Shown: positions 45,847 through 55,874, counted from the first letter of the stretch. The stretch: DNA of 64,000 nt from Gemmatimonadota bacterium (GCA_040389905.1 JAZJZK010000008.1:64001-128000), one strand, 5' to 3'. Notes: generated by a model from the letters alone, not told the origin. Made by a program: numbers and translations.

Positions 45847-48120
45847 GTGATGCAGCATGGACGGAGCAGGTCGATACGTCGGTATGCAGAGGCGTTGGCC
45901 GCGGCGTTGGTGGCCATTGCACTGTCCTGGCTGTTGCGCGACGTCCTCGCGGGCACGCGTCTGCTCCTGCTCTGGGTCATGAGCGTGTACGTCGCGTGGC
46001 GCGGCGGCCTCGGCCCGGTGATGGTCGCCTCGCTGGTCGGCGTCCTCGTGTGGGACATCCTCATCATGGCACCCGGCGGTGTGATCAGCGCGCTCCCTCG
46101 ATCAGAGCCCTTTGCGATCGTGGTCTTCGTGAGCGTGTCGATGATGCTCGGCGTCACCGTCGACCGTCTGCGAGCCGCCAACCAGCGCGTGGCGCAGGCG
46201 ATGGACGGCATGACGGAGGCGATGATCGTCTACGATGCCGATTGGCGACTCCGGTTCTACAATCTCGCCGGCGAACGCTTGCTCCATCGTCGTGGAATCG
46301 ACGCCTCGGCCTTGCGCGGACAGGTCGTGTGGGATCGGGTTCCTGCCGCTGTCGGCACACCACTCGAGACAGAGCCGCGGCGGGCGCAACAGGATAATAC
46401 GGTCGTCGAGTATGAAACGCGGTATCTCGACACGGATCTCTGGTTGCGCGTCCGTTGCGTTCCGACACCCGACGGAGGCGTGACCATCTTTGCGCAGGAC
46501 ATCACTCAGGCTCGACTCGCCGAGCGCGAGCGGGAGCGAACGGAGGAACGGTATCGTGCACTGATCGAAGCCAGCACGATCATGGTGTGGAACAGCGATT
46601 CCGCCGGCATGGTCGATGACGTGCCCGTCTGGCGGGACCTCACGGGGCAAACAACGGAGGAACGTCGCGGATCAGGATGGATCGACGCCGTACATCCCGC
46701 AGACCGCGCACGTGTCGACGACATCTGGAGAACCGCAACCGCACGCGCGGAACCGTATTCCATCGAATACCGTCTGCGTCGCCGCGACGGGAAGTACCAC
46801 TGGTTCCGCGCGCGTGCGGTCCCCATCCGCGACGGGAAAGACGTCGTCGAATGGGTTGGTGTGTTCGACGACATCGACGACGAACACGTAAATCGCGAAC
46901 GCCACGAGGCCGTCGAGAATGCGCTTGGCGTTCTTGGCATCTCGCTCGACTACGAATGGAACCTTGCGGCGGTGACGCGACTGCTCGTACCGGTATTGGC
47001 GGACTACTGCAGCGTCGATCTCGTTGACGACGCGGGGAATATCCGTCGCGTCTCGTCCACGCACGTCGACCCGCTCAAGGAGGAGGTGGTTCGGACACTG
47101 TGGTCGAAATACCCATACTCTCCGGACGACCGCGGAACGCCGGAAGTCGTGAAGAGTGGCAAGCCGGCTCTCAATCCCGTCATCGATCCGGAAGAGATTG
47201 CGCAATTCGCGCGCTCACCCGAGCACGCGGAGCTACTCAGGCAGCTCCAACCCCGCTCGTTTCTCTGTGTGCCGATGCGCTCGCGCGGGCAGATCTTCGG
47301 TGCGCTGTCGCTCGTCTACTCCGATTCGGGCCGCGTCTATGGGTCTGCGGAGGTGGCGGCCGTGGAGCAGATCGCCACGCGTGCCGCGACGGCGATCGAG
47401 AATGCGCGATTGTACGCGGACGCGCAGGCGGCGAACCGTGCCAAGAGCGATTTCCTGGCGACCATGAGTCACGAGTTGCGGACGCCGCTCAACGCCATCG
47501 CCGGATACGTGGAGCTCCTCACCATGGGGGTGCGCGGCCCGATCACCGATGCGCAACGACGCGATCTCGTCAGGATTCGACAAAACCAGCAGCATCTGCT
47601 CGAGATCATTACCGACATCCTGAACTTCAGTCGTATCGAGGCAGGCCGGATGCGGTACGACATTCAACGGACGTTGATCGAGGAGGTGCTCGTGCGCATG
47701 GAAGGTGTAATCGAGCCACAAGCGCGCGTGCGCTCGATCGTGTACGAGCACACTCCTGCGCCGATGTCGCTCGTGGCCCTCGCCGACCGTGAAAAGCTGG
47801 AGCAGGTGCTGATCAATCTGCTCGGCAATTCGGTAAAATTCACGGCGCCAGGCGGTCGAGTGACCCTCACCGCCGACGCCGACGAGCACCGCGTTCGGAT
47901 TCACGTTGCCGATACTGGTGTGGGGATCGCGGAAGGTCAGCTTTCAACCATCTTCGAGCCGTTTGTCCAACTCGAGCCAGCCTTCACGCGGACTTCCGAG
48001 GGAACAGGGCTGGGGCTGGCGATCAGCCGCGAGCTCACCCGCGGCATGGGTGGCGAACTCACCGCGACGAGTACGCTGGGCCAGGGATCGGTGTTCACCG
48101 TTGAACTTCCGCGGGCGTAG
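45847..48120 (+). CDS. Membrane sensor histidine kinase (TM sensor-PAS-PAS-GAF-HisKA-HATPase)
   Basis: N-terminal TMs, VHPADR...YRLRRRDGKYHW, ADYCSVDL...AIENARLY, FLATMSHELRTPL, NLLGNSVKFT, DTGVGI, GTGLGLAI. Confidence 0.93.
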   Translation: MMQHGRSRSIRRYAEALAAALVAIALSWLLRDVLAGTRLLLLWVMSVYVAWRGGLGPVMVASLVGVLVWDILIMAPGGVISALPRSEPFAIVVFVSVSMMLGVTVDRLRAANQRVAQAMDGMTEAMIVYDADWRLRFYNLAGERLLHRRGIDASALRGQVVWDRVPAAVGTPLETEPRRAQQDNTVVEYETRYLDTDLWLRVRCVPTPDGGVTIFAQDITQARLAERERERTEERYRALIEASTIMVWNSDSAGMVDDVPVWRDLTGQTTEERRGSGWIDAVHPADRARVDDIWRTATARAEPYSIEYRLRRRDGKYHWFRARAVPIRDGKDVVEWVGVFDDIDDEHVNRERHEAVENALGVLGISLDYEWNLAAVTRLLVPVLADYCSVDLVDDAGNIRRVSSTHVDPLKEEVVRTLWSKYPYSPDDRGTPEVVKSGKPALNPVIDPEEIAQFARSPEHAELLRQLQPRSFLCVPMRSRGQIFGALSLVYSDSGRVYGSAEVAAVEQIATRAATAIENARLYADAQAANRAKSDFLATMSHELRTPLNAIAGYVELLTMGVRGPITDAQRRDLVRIRQNQQHLLEIITDILNFSRIEAGRMRYDIQRTLIEEVLVRMEGVIEPQARVRSIVYEHTPAPMSLVALADREKLEQVLINLLGNSVKFTAPGGRVTLTADADEHRVRIHVADTGVGIAEGQLSTIFEPFVQLEPAFTRTSEGTGLGLAISRELTRGMGGELTATSTLGQGSVFTVELPRA

Positions 48121-48124
48121 GACG

Positions 48125-48290
48125 GTGCGGGCCCTTCGTTGCACTCAGGGCGACCAACCGAGCGGAACGCAGGCGTGCAAGCAGAACGTATGTCCCGCGT
48201 GTTTTGTCGCCCTGAGCAGCGCGAAGGGCCCGCACGTTCAGTTCCGCAGCCCTCTGCGTACCTCTGCCCCTCCGCGCCCTTTACGGTAAG
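48125..48290. repeat. REP-like inverted repeat followed by a partial copy of the 37.8 kb repeat family
   Basis: Arms 48125-48154 / 48206-48235 (14+11 bp perfect with a 5x5 internal loop). GTTCCGCAGCCCTCTGCG at 48241-48258 matches 37916-37933 at 17/18. Confidence 0.85.
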
Positions 48291-48324
48291 AACGAGAACG
48301 CTACTTTCTCTTAACGAGTACCGG

Positions 48325-49551
48325 TCAAGCCTGACTGACCGCCGACGTCGCGAAGAGTGCCTTCGCCCGCGCGACCCCATTCACCAGCGCATCGACGTCG
48401 GCCTCGTCATTGTAGACATAGAACGATGCTCGCGCCGTCGCGGAAACGCCGAGGCGCCGCATTAGAGGCTGTGCGCAGTGATGTCCAGCGCGGATGCACA
48501 CACCATCCTGATCGAGCACTGTCGCGAGGTCGTGCGGGTGAATGTCCATCACCGTGAAGCTCACGACGCCACTTCGCTCAGACGGCGCGGGGCCATAGAT
48601 GTGCACACCGCCGAGCGCGTCGAGCCGCTCGGTCGCGAAACGCACGAGCGCGCGCTCATGCTCCAATACCTCCGCCATGCCGATGTTGTCGAGGTACTCG
48701 CAGGCGGCAGCAAGACCGACTGCGTCGCCGACGTTTGGCGTGCCCGCTTCGAACTTGTGCGGCAGGACGTTCCACGTGGAGTGATCGTCGCGCACGAACT
48801 CGATCATGTCGCCGCCGAACTGATATGGTGACATCGCCTCGAGAATCGAGCGACGCCCGATCAGGCCACCGATACCCATTGGGCCGCACATCTTGTGACC
48901 GCTGAAGGCGTAGAAGTCGATATCGAGTTCATCGAAGCCCACCTGCATGTGCGGCGCGGCCTGCGCGCCATCGCAGACCGTCAATGCACCCACCTGCCGG
49001 GCAATCTGCGTGATCTCGCGGACTGGATTCACGGTGCCGACCGCGTTCGACACATGATTGAATGCCACGACTTTCGTCCGCGATCCCACCATGTCCCGTA
49101 ACGCATCCAGGTCGACACGCTGCTCGCTCGTGAGCGGACAAACGCTGAACGTGGCGCCTCGGGCGCGCGCCAACTGCTGCCAGGGTACGAAGTTGGCATG
49201 ATGCTCGAGTCCCGTGACGACGATGTCGTCGCCGGCGGATAGGTTCGCCATCCCCCACGCGGTGGCGACGAGGTTCAGCGACTCGGTGGTGCCGCGGGTG
49301 AAGATGAGGCAATCGGAGTCGGACACGCCAAGGAAGCGCGCCACGCGCTCGCGGGCGGCGTGATAGCGCTCGGTTGCCCGTGCAGACAGATCGTACGCGC
49401 CACGATGCGGGTTCGCGTTGTCCGTCTCGTAATAGGTGCGCATGGCATCGAGCACCACGCGCGGCTTCTGCGACGTTGCCGCGGAATCGAGGTAGTGCAA
49501 TCCAGCGTTGGCAGCGAGCAAGGGAAAATCGGTGCGGCGCGGATTCGTCAT
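48325..49551 (-). CDS. sufS: Cysteine desulfurase SufS
   Basis: YLDSAATSQKP, EHHAN, DGAQ, FSGHKMCGP, KFEAGTP, RAGHHCAQP. Confidence 0.96.
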   Translation of the reverse strand: MTNPRRTDFPLLAANAGLHYLDSAATSQKPRVVLDAMRTYYETDNANPHRGAYDLSARATERYHAARERVARFLGVSDSDCLIFTRGTTESLNLVATAWGMANLSAGDDIVVTGLEHHANFVPWQQLARARGATFSVCPLTSEQRVDLDALRDMVGSRTKVVAFNHVSNAVGTVNPVREITQIARQVGALTVCDGAQAAPHMQVGFDELDIDFYAFSGHKMCGPMGIGGLIGRRSILEAMSPYQFGGDMIEFVRDDHSTWNVLPHKFEAGTPNVGDAVGLAAACEYLDNIGMAEVLEHERALVRFATERLDALGGVHIYGPAPSERSGVVSFTVMDIHPHDLATVLDQDGVCIRAGHHCAQPLMRRLGVSATARASFYVYNDEADVDALVNGVARAKALFATSAVSQA

Positions 49552-49898
49552 GGCTGCTCAGGGCTCGTCGGTTCAACGCTCGTGCGTGGCGCAACGCGGA
49601 TGCGCCCGTCGGCAATTTCGACTTCGTACACCGGCAACGGTTTGATCGCGGGAAAGCGGCGCGGCGCGCCAGTGCGGCAGTCGAAGCGAGCGCCATGCCA
49701 CATGCATTCAAGCGAGCCGTCGCGATGGAGCACGCCGTCGGACATGTAGAACTCGGAGTGCGTACACAAGTCGCTCACCGCGCCGATCGTGCCTTTGTAG
49801 TTGTATACGCACACGTGCTCCCCGTCGGAGAGCTTCACGCCGAGCAGGTGTCCCTCGGCGACGTCGGAGACGCCGGCGACGTCTTCGAATTCGCTCAT
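49548..49898 (-). CDS. Rieske [2Fe-2S] ferredoxin
   Basis: Start at ATG 49898 (overlaps the sufU stop); CTH...ECMWHGARFD. Confidence 0.92.
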   Translation of the reverse strand: MSEFEDVAGVSDVAEGHLLGVKLSDGEHVCVYNYKGTIGAVSDLCTHSEFYMSDGVLHRDGSLECMWHGARFDCRTGAPRRFPAIKPLPVYEVEIADGRIRVAPRTSVEPTSPEQP

Positions 49899-50341
49899 GC
49901 GGGGGTCGCGTCGTCGCGAAGCGCCGCCTGCAACGAGTGCCACGCCATGCTCGCGCATTTCACGCGGATCGGAAAGCGCGACACACCGGAGAACGCGGCG
50001 ATCTCGCCGAGCGCGCGCGCCTCCTCCGGCGTTGGCTTGAGCTTCCCGGTGACAAGGTCATGGAAGGTGCTGAACAGCTGGTCGGCTTCGGCGCGCGTCT
50101 TTCCCTTGACGGACTGCGTCATGATCGACGCCGAGGCGCGGGACACGGCACATCCTTCCGACGTGAACTTCACATCCGCGATGACGTCGCCCTCCACTTT
50201 GAGCTCGAGCACGATCTCGTCGCCGCACGATGGATTGCGGTCCTCACGGCGAGCCGTTGCGCCCTCCAACGTGCCGTAGTTTTTCGGCCGCCGATTGTGG
50301 TCGAGGATGATCGACTGGTAGAGTTCCTGGAGATCGCTCAT
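49895..50341 (-). CDS. sufU: SUF system SufU protein
   Basis: LYQSIILDH, NPSCGDEI, GCAVSRASAS, RVKCA. Confidence 0.95.
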   Translation of the reverse strand: MSDLQELYQSIILDHNRRPKNYGTLEGATARREDRNPSCGDEIVLELKVEGDVIADVKFTSEGCAVSRASASIMTQSVKGKTRAEADQLFSTFHDLVTGKLKPTPEEARALGEIAAFSGVSRFPIRVKCASMAWHSLQAALRDDATPA

Positions 50342-50357
50342 GCGGGCTGCGAGAGCA

Positions 50358-51662
50358 TCAATGCTCGGTATATCGAAGCAAGGTCGCCAGCTCCAACCCC
50401 TCTCGAACTTCGCTCAGCTCGATGGTCTCGAGCACATCGGCCGCAAACGCGTACGTCAACAACTCGCGCGCCGTGCGCGCATTGATGCCGCGGCTCTTCA
50501 TGTAAAACAGGGACGTCTCGTCGAGCCGGCCGACCGTCGCGCCGTGCGTGCACTTCACGTCGTCCGCGAAGATCTCGAGCTGCGGCTTCGTGTCGATACG
50601 CGCGTGTTCGGACAAGAGCAGGGTATTGTTCGTCTGCTTGCCGTCGGTTTTCTGCGCCTCCGGATGGACGTACACCTTGCCGTTGAAGACGCCGTGCGAG
50701 TCGCCGTCGAGTATCCCCTTGTACAGCTCTCGGCTGTAGCAATTCGGCTCCACGTGCTCGATGCGCGTCTGGTGATCGATGTGCTGGTCGCGATCGCCCA
50801 GATACAGGCCGTTCAAGGTCGCACCACAGCCCTCGCCCCGCAGTTCGGTGTAGACGTTGGTGCGCGAAAGCGTCGCACCCGTCGCGAAACTGAAGGAGAA
50901 GAAATGGCTATCGCGCGCCTGCCGCACATCCACCGTACCAACGTGCGACGCGTCCTTCGACTCGCGTTGCAGCTTGAGATGCGTCAGCGTCGCGCCATCG
51001 GCGATCGCGATCTCCGTTACCGCGTTGGTGAAATAGCGCGACTCGGCGAGACCCGCATAGCTCTCGATGATCGTCGCCTTGGCGTGACGGTCGACGACGA
51101 TCAGGTTGCGGGGCATCGAGGCGCGGTGCGCCGCTGCGCCGTCGCTCACGAACAGCAGATGGATGGGCTGCGCGAGCTGGACGTCCTGCCCGATGTGCAC
51201 GACAGCGCCGTCCTGGATGAAGGCGGTGTTGAGCGCGGTGAAGGTATGCGCATCGATCGACGTAATCTGTCCGAGGTGCGCGTCGATCAGGGTCGGCGAT
51301 TCGACGTAGGCGCGCGCGAGTGGCATCACACGAACGCCGTCCGGCAACGCGCTCAGCGTCGATAGCGTCTCGTGGAAGCGGCCGTTGACGAAGACCAGCG
51401 TGTGCCACGATGCACCGAAGGTGAACGGCGCGATCTGCTGGGCCGTCGCAGCTCCGTCGTCCACCTGTGCGGCAAGCGAAAACCGGCCCTCGCTGATGGG
51501 CGCAACGGAGGTGAAATGCCAATCCTCGTTACGCGTCGTCGGAAAGCCGAGCGCTTCGAAGCGCGTAATGCCGGAGAGGCGGAGCGAGCGCACGGATTGC
51601 GGCGCATCCGCCCCTCCATTCCGTGAAAAGGTCTCAAAGCTCTCGAGATACGGCTCGATCAC
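50358..51662 (-). CDS. sufD: Fe-S assembly protein SufD
   Basis: PTTRNEDWHFT, ALNTAF, GVFNGKVYV, AQKTDG, KPQLEIFADDVKCTHGAT. Confidence 0.96.
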   Translation of the reverse strand: MIEPYLESFETFSRNGGADAPQSVRSLRLSGITRFEALGFPTTRNEDWHFTSVAPISEGRFSLAAQVDDGAATAQQIAPFTFGASWHTLVFVNGRFHETLSTLSALPDGVRVMPLARAYVESPTLIDAHLGQITSIDAHTFTALNTAFIQDGAVVHIGQDVQLAQPIHLLFVSDGAAAHRASMPRNLIVVDRHAKATIIESYAGLAESRYFTNAVTEIAIADGATLTHLKLQRESKDASHVGTVDVRQARDSHFFSFSFATGATLSRTNVYTELRGEGCGATLNGLYLGDRDQHIDHQTRIEHVEPNCYSRELYKGILDGDSHGVFNGKVYVHPEAQKTDGKQTNNTLLLSEHARIDTKPQLEIFADDVKCTHGATVGRLDETSLFYMKSRGINARTARELLTYAFAADVLETIELSEVREGLELATLLRYTEH

Positions 51663-52411
51663 GCCTCGGCTCCCTCGAGCAACCAGTCGTAGCCCTTGGC
51701 CTCGAGCTCGAGCGCGAGCTCCTTGCCACCCGAGCGCACGATACGGCCGCCCGCGAGCACGTGCACGTAGTCAGGCACGATGTAATTGAGGAGACGCTGG
51801 TAGTGCGTGACGACGATCGTGGCGCTATCCGCACGCTTGAGTGTGTTCACTCCATTGGCGACGATGCGCAGGGCGTCGATGTCGAGTCCGGAGTCGGTCT
51901 CGTCGAGGATCGCGAGCGTCGGCTCGAGGACCGCCATCTGGAGAATCTCGTTGCGCTTCTTCTCGCCGCCGGAAAAGCCGGTGTTCACCGAGCGCGTGAG
52001 CATCGAATCGTCCATCTCGACGAGCTTCATCTTCTCGTCCATGATGTCCGCGAAGCTCATCGGGTCGATTTCCTCCTCGCCGCGCGCCTTGCGAATCTCG
52101 TTGTACGCCGCGCGCAGAAAGTATGCGTTGCTCACGCCGGGGATCTCGACCGGATACTGAAACGCGAGGAAGACGCCCGCCTGCGCGCGCACCTCGGGAT
52201 CCATGGCAAGCAGGTCTTCTCCCTTGTACGTCACCGTGCCACTGGTGACCTCGTACGCCGGATGCCCCGCCAGCACTTGTGCGAGGGTGCTTTTTCCCGA
52301 GCCGTTCGGGCCCATCACGGCATGCACCTCGCCCGCCAGGACAGTCAGGTCGATGCCGCGAAGAATCTCCTTATCGCCTACAGTGGCCGTGAGGCCTCTT
52401 ATTTCGAGCAT
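51659..52411 (-). CDS. sufC: Fe-S assembly ATPase SufC
   Basis: GPNGSGKSTL, FQYPVEIPGV, FSGGEKKRNE, LDETDSGLDIDAL, THYQRLL. Confidence 0.97.
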   Translation of the reverse strand: MLEIRGLTATVGDKEILRGIDLTVLAGEVHAVMGPNGSGKSTLAQVLAGHPAYEVTSGTVTYKGEDLLAMDPEVRAQAGVFLAFQYPVEIPGVSNAYFLRAAYNEIRKARGEEEIDPMSFADIMDEKMKLVEMDDSMLTRSVNTGFSGGEKKRNEILQMAVLEPTLAILDETDSGLDIDALRIVANGVNTLKRADSATIVVTHYQRLLNYIVPDYVHVLAGGRIVRSGGKELALELEAKGYDWLLEGAEA

Positions 52412-52434
52412 TGTCTCTTGATGAACAGGTTACA

Positions 52435-52525
52435 AGGGGACAGGTGACAGGAGTCAGGAGACAGGAACTGCACGGTCACACGAATCACGTGGTTCCTGTC
52501 CCCTGTCCCCTGTCTCCTGTCCCCT
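52435..52525. repeat. Heptamer-built (GACAGGN) long inverted repeat between sufB and sufC
   Basis: Arms 52435-52468 / 52492-52525, 30/34 complementary. Confidence 0.85.
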
Positions 52526-53960
52526 ATCCAACAGAGCCTTCCAATGTGATGCCCAACAACTGCTGCGCCTCGAGCGCGAATTCCATGGGAAGCTCCTTGA
52601 ACACTTCCTTGCAGAACCCGCTTACGATCATGCTCACCGCCTGCTCGGCGCTCAACCCACGCTGCTTGAGGTAGAAGATCTGGTCCTCGCCGATCTTGCT
52701 CGTCGAGGCCTCGTGCTCCACCTGCGCGCTGTTGTTGCCGACCTCGATGTACGGGAACGTGTGCGCACCGCACTGGTTGCCCACGAGCATCGAATCGCAC
52801 TGCGTGTAGTTGCGCGCACCCTCTGCCTTTGGCATCACCTTCACCTGGCCGCGATAGCTGTTCTGCCCATGGCCGGCGCTGATGCCCTTGCTGACGATAT
52901 TCGACTTCGTGTTGCGGCCAATGTGGATCATCTTCGTGCCGGTGTCTGCCTGCTGCCGGTTATTCACCACGGCCACCGAGTAGAACTCGCCAGTCGAGTT
53001 GTCGCCCTGGAGAATCACGCTCGGATACTTCCACGTGATGGCCGACCCGGTTTCCACCTGCGTCCACGAGATCTTCGAGCCGGATCCCGCACACTTGCCG
53101 CGCTTCGTCACGAAGTTGTAGATGCCGCCCTTTCCTTCCTTGTCGCCGGCGTACCAGTTCTGCACCGTCGAATACTTGATCGTCGCATCCTTGAGCGCGA
53201 TCAGCTCGACCACTGCGGCATGGAGCTGCGACGTCGAGCGCTTCGGTGCTGTGCACCCCTCGAGATAGCTGACGTACGATCCTTCGTCCGCGATGATCAG
53301 CGTCCGCTCGAACTGGCCAGTGCCTTCCGCGTTGATGCGGAAGTACGTGGACAGCTCCATCGGACAGCGAACGCCCTTCGGCACGTAGACGAACGACCCT
53401 TCGGAAAACACCGCCGAATTGAGTGCGGCGAAGAAGTTGTCCGAGTAGGGCACCACGGAGCCGAGGTACTTCTCGACGAGTTCCGGATGTTCGCGCACGG
53501 CTTCGCCGAGCGAGCAGAACACGATGCCGAGCTCACCGAGCTCCTTCTTCATCGTCGTACCGACGCTCACCGAATCGAAAATCGCGTCGACCGCGACGCC
53601 GGACAGAAACTTCTGCTCGTTGAGCGGAATGCCGAGCTTCTCGTAGGTGCGGAGCAGTTCCGGATCGACCTCATCCAGCGATTGCAGCGGCGTGACCGAC
53701 TTGGGCGCCGAGTAGTACGACTGGTCCTGATAGTCGATGGGCGGATAGGTGACGTTCGGCCAATGCGGCTCGGACATCGTCAGCCAGCGCTTGTACGCCT
53801 TGAGCCGCCACGAGAGGAGCCATGCAGGCTCGTCTTTCTTTGACGAGATCAGCCGGATGACCTCTTCGCTCAATCCCGGCGCGATCGTATCGGCTTCGAC
53901 ATCCGTCACGAAGCCGTACTGATATTCGCGGTTGACCAGCGAATCGATGGACGAACTCAT
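52524..53960 (-). CDS. sufB: Fe-S assembly protein SufB
   Basis: [62 protein letters not shown]. Confidence 0.97.
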   Translation of the reverse strand: MSSSIDSLVNREYQYGFVTDVEADTIAPGLSEEVIRLISSKKDEPAWLLSWRLKAYKRWLTMSEPHWPNVTYPPIDYQDQSYYSAPKSVTPLQSLDEVDPELLRTYEKLGIPLNEQKFLSGVAVDAIFDSVSVGTTMKKELGELGIVFCSLGEAVREHPELVEKYLGSVVPYSDNFFAALNSAVFSEGSFVYVPKGVRCPMELSTYFRINAEGTGQFERTLIIADEGSYVSYLEGCTAPKRSTSQLHAAVVELIALKDATIKYSTVQNWYAGDKEGKGGIYNFVTKRGKCAGSGSKISWTQVETGSAITWKYPSVILQGDNSTGEFYSVAVVNNRQQADTGTKMIHIGRNTKSNIVSKGISAGHGQNSYRGQVKVMPKAEGARNYTQCDSMLVGNQCGAHTFPYIEVGNNSAQVEHEASTSKIGEDQIFYLKQRGLSAEQAVSMIVSGFCKEVFKELPMEFALEAQQLLGITLEGSVG

Positions 53961-54062
53961 GTCAACAAATCTCCCGACCGTATGGGGCGCTCATCGCGAC
54001 CAGGACATCGTGTGACCACGGGGCCGCGTAACGACAGCGACTCACCAGCACGAGCGAGAGCG

Positions 54063-54101
54063 ATACTAGACTAAAGTAGTCGGTTATCCATTTCGCGTCA
54101 A
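54063..54101 (-). promoter_or_regulatory. Sigma70 promoter of the suf operon overlapped by an IscR/Rrf2-type palindrome
   Basis: Minus strand: -35 TTGACG (54101-54096), 17-bp spacer, -10 TACTTT (54078-54073). Palindrome ATAACCGACTACTTTAGTCTAGTAT (54087-54063). Confidence 0.8.
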
Positions 54102-54253
54102 CTTGGGCGCGATGTAGTTAACTCCAATGTTGACAATGTGTTGCGGGCGATTTCACCCATTCTGGCCGGCCGGCAAAACTCGGTCTGGACCCCTCGCGGC
54201 AAGGGGTCCATCTTGGGGCCACACTTTATTCGCGAGCCTGACCGATGATTCCT

Positions 54254-54646
54254 ATGCCAATTTCGACCGACACGGCCGACCACTACTCCTGGGGCGGGAC
54301 GTGCGAAGGATGGCATCTCGTCAAGGCCGCCGGGCTCAGCGTCATCGAAGAACGAATGCCCCCAGGCACGTGCGAAGTTCCCCACTGGCACGCGCGGGCG
54401 CGCCAATTCTTCTACGTGCTGAGTGGGACGATGGTCATCGAGGTGGAAGGCACGCGCCACGAAATCTCGGCAGGCCAGGGGATCGAGCTGGCGCAGGGCA
54501 CCGCACATCAGGCCCGCAATGATGGGACCGAAGACATTCGCTTTCTCGTCATTTCCTCACCGCCCCATCGAGGTGATCGCCGCGAGACGACGACCACAAG
54601 GGACACCGAGCTTCAGCGGCACGCCGAAGCGCAACACGGCAAATAG
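54254..54646 (+). CDS. Cupin domain protein
   Basis: HYSWG, EERMPPG, HWHARARQFFYVLSG, AHQARN; start 54245 or 54254. Confidence 0.88.
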   Translation: MPISTDTADHYSWGGTCEGWHLVKAAGLSVIEERMPPGTCEVPHWHARARQFFYVLSGTMVIEVEGTRHEISAGQGIELAQGTAHQARNDGTEDIRFLVISSPPHRGDRRETTTTRDTELQRHAEAQHGK

Positions 54647-55485
54647 TGCCCGTGATCCACCGCCACGCTGCTGGCCGCTACGTTCATCCGCTTCGCGAGG
54701 GTGGCTCACTGCCCGCCGTGGTGGAGACGGAAAGCGGCGAGATGTACGTCGTGAAGTTTCGCGGCGCCGGTCAGGGCGCAAAGGTCCTGGTGTCGGAGCT
54801 GATCGTGGGCGGGCTGGCGCTTCACCTTGGACTCCCAACCCCCGAGCTCGCCGTCATCGACGTCTCGGACCGCTTTGGCCGGAGCGAGCCCGACCCGGAG
54901 ATCCAGGATCTGCTTCGGCGCAGCCACGGTACGAACGTGGGTATGCGGTACCTCGAAGGTGCGTTCAACTTCGACCCGCGCGCCGCGGGCGATCTCGTGA
55001 CGCCGGAGTTGGCGGCACGAACGGTCTGGCTCGATGCCTTCACGACGAACCCCGATCGCACGCCGCGCAATCCGAATCTCATGATCTGGCAGCGCCAGCC
55101 GTGGCTCATCGATCACGGCGCTGCGCTGTACGCGCATCACGACTGGGGGTCGGTGGACGGGGCGCGCACGCGAACGCCCTTTCAGCTGATCCGGTCGCAC
55201 GTGCTCCTTCCGATGGCGGGCGACCTCGCGGCCGCCGATGCCGAAAGTGCCGCGCGACTCGCGGACGGTGTCATCGAGGAGATCGTCGCCACCGTGCCGG
55301 ATGACCTGCTCATGGACCCCGTGACCGGCGGCGGTGATTTCCCGACCGCCGGCGAGGCGCGGGACCGCTACGCTCGCTACCTGCGAGAACGTCTCGCGGC
55401 GCGGAGCATCTGGTTGGGTGAGGCGATCGCGGCGCAGGAGCAGCTCAGGCTCGAGCCGCCGCTCCACCTCAAGGCTCGGCGATGA
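54646..55485 (+). CDS. HipA-like (PI3/4-kinase fold) kinase
   Basis: PLREGGSLP, YVVKFRGAGQG, DAFTTNPDRTPRNPN, WLIDHG. Confidence 0.85.
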   Translation: MPVIHRHAAGRYVHPLREGGSLPAVVETESGEMYVVKFRGAGQGAKVLVSELIVGGLALHLGLPTPELAVIDVSDRFGRSEPDPEIQDLLRRSHGTNVGMRYLEGAFNFDPRAAGDLVTPELAARTVWLDAFTTNPDRTPRNPNLMIWQRQPWLIDHGAALYAHHDWGSVDGARTRTPFQLIRSHVLLPMAGDLAAADAESAARLADGVIEEIVATVPDDLLMDPVTGGGDFPTAGEARDRYARYLRERLAARSIWLGEAIAAQEQLRLEPPLHLKARR

Positions 55486-55874
55486 CGAGCACGACGCGAA
55501 TCGACTACGACTTCGCCGTCCTTCGCGTTGTTCCGCGCGTTCATCTCGGCGCCTACGCCAACGTGGGCGTGGTGCTTCACGCGCGCACGCACGAGTTTCT
55601 CGGGTTGCGTACGCTTGCTGAGGTCAGTCGGCTGGCGACGCTCGCGCCCGGCGTCGATCCGGCGCTCCTCGCGCGATATCTCCAGTCGTGTGAGTTGATC
55701 TGCTCCGGCGACGAAAGCGCGGGCCCCGTCGCTCTCGCGCCGCCCTCCGAGCGATTCCATTGGCTGACGGCGCCGAGATCCGACGTTCTCCAATGCTCAC
55801 CGGTACACGAGGGGCTGTGTTCGGACCTGAACGCGGAACTGGCGAGATTGTTCGGCCTTTACGTCGCGCAGTGA
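55482..55874 (+). CDS. DUF3037 domain protein
   Basis: YDFAVLRVVPRV, NVGVVL, SERFHWLTAPRS, QCSPVHEGL; ATGA overlap with the kinase. Confidence 0.85.
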   Translation: MTSTTRIDYDFAVLRVVPRVHLGAYANVGVVLHARTHEFLGLRTLAEVSRLATLAPGVDPALLARYLQSCELICSGDESAGPVALAPPSERFHWLTAPRSDVLQCSPVHEGLCSDLNAELARLFGLYVAQ

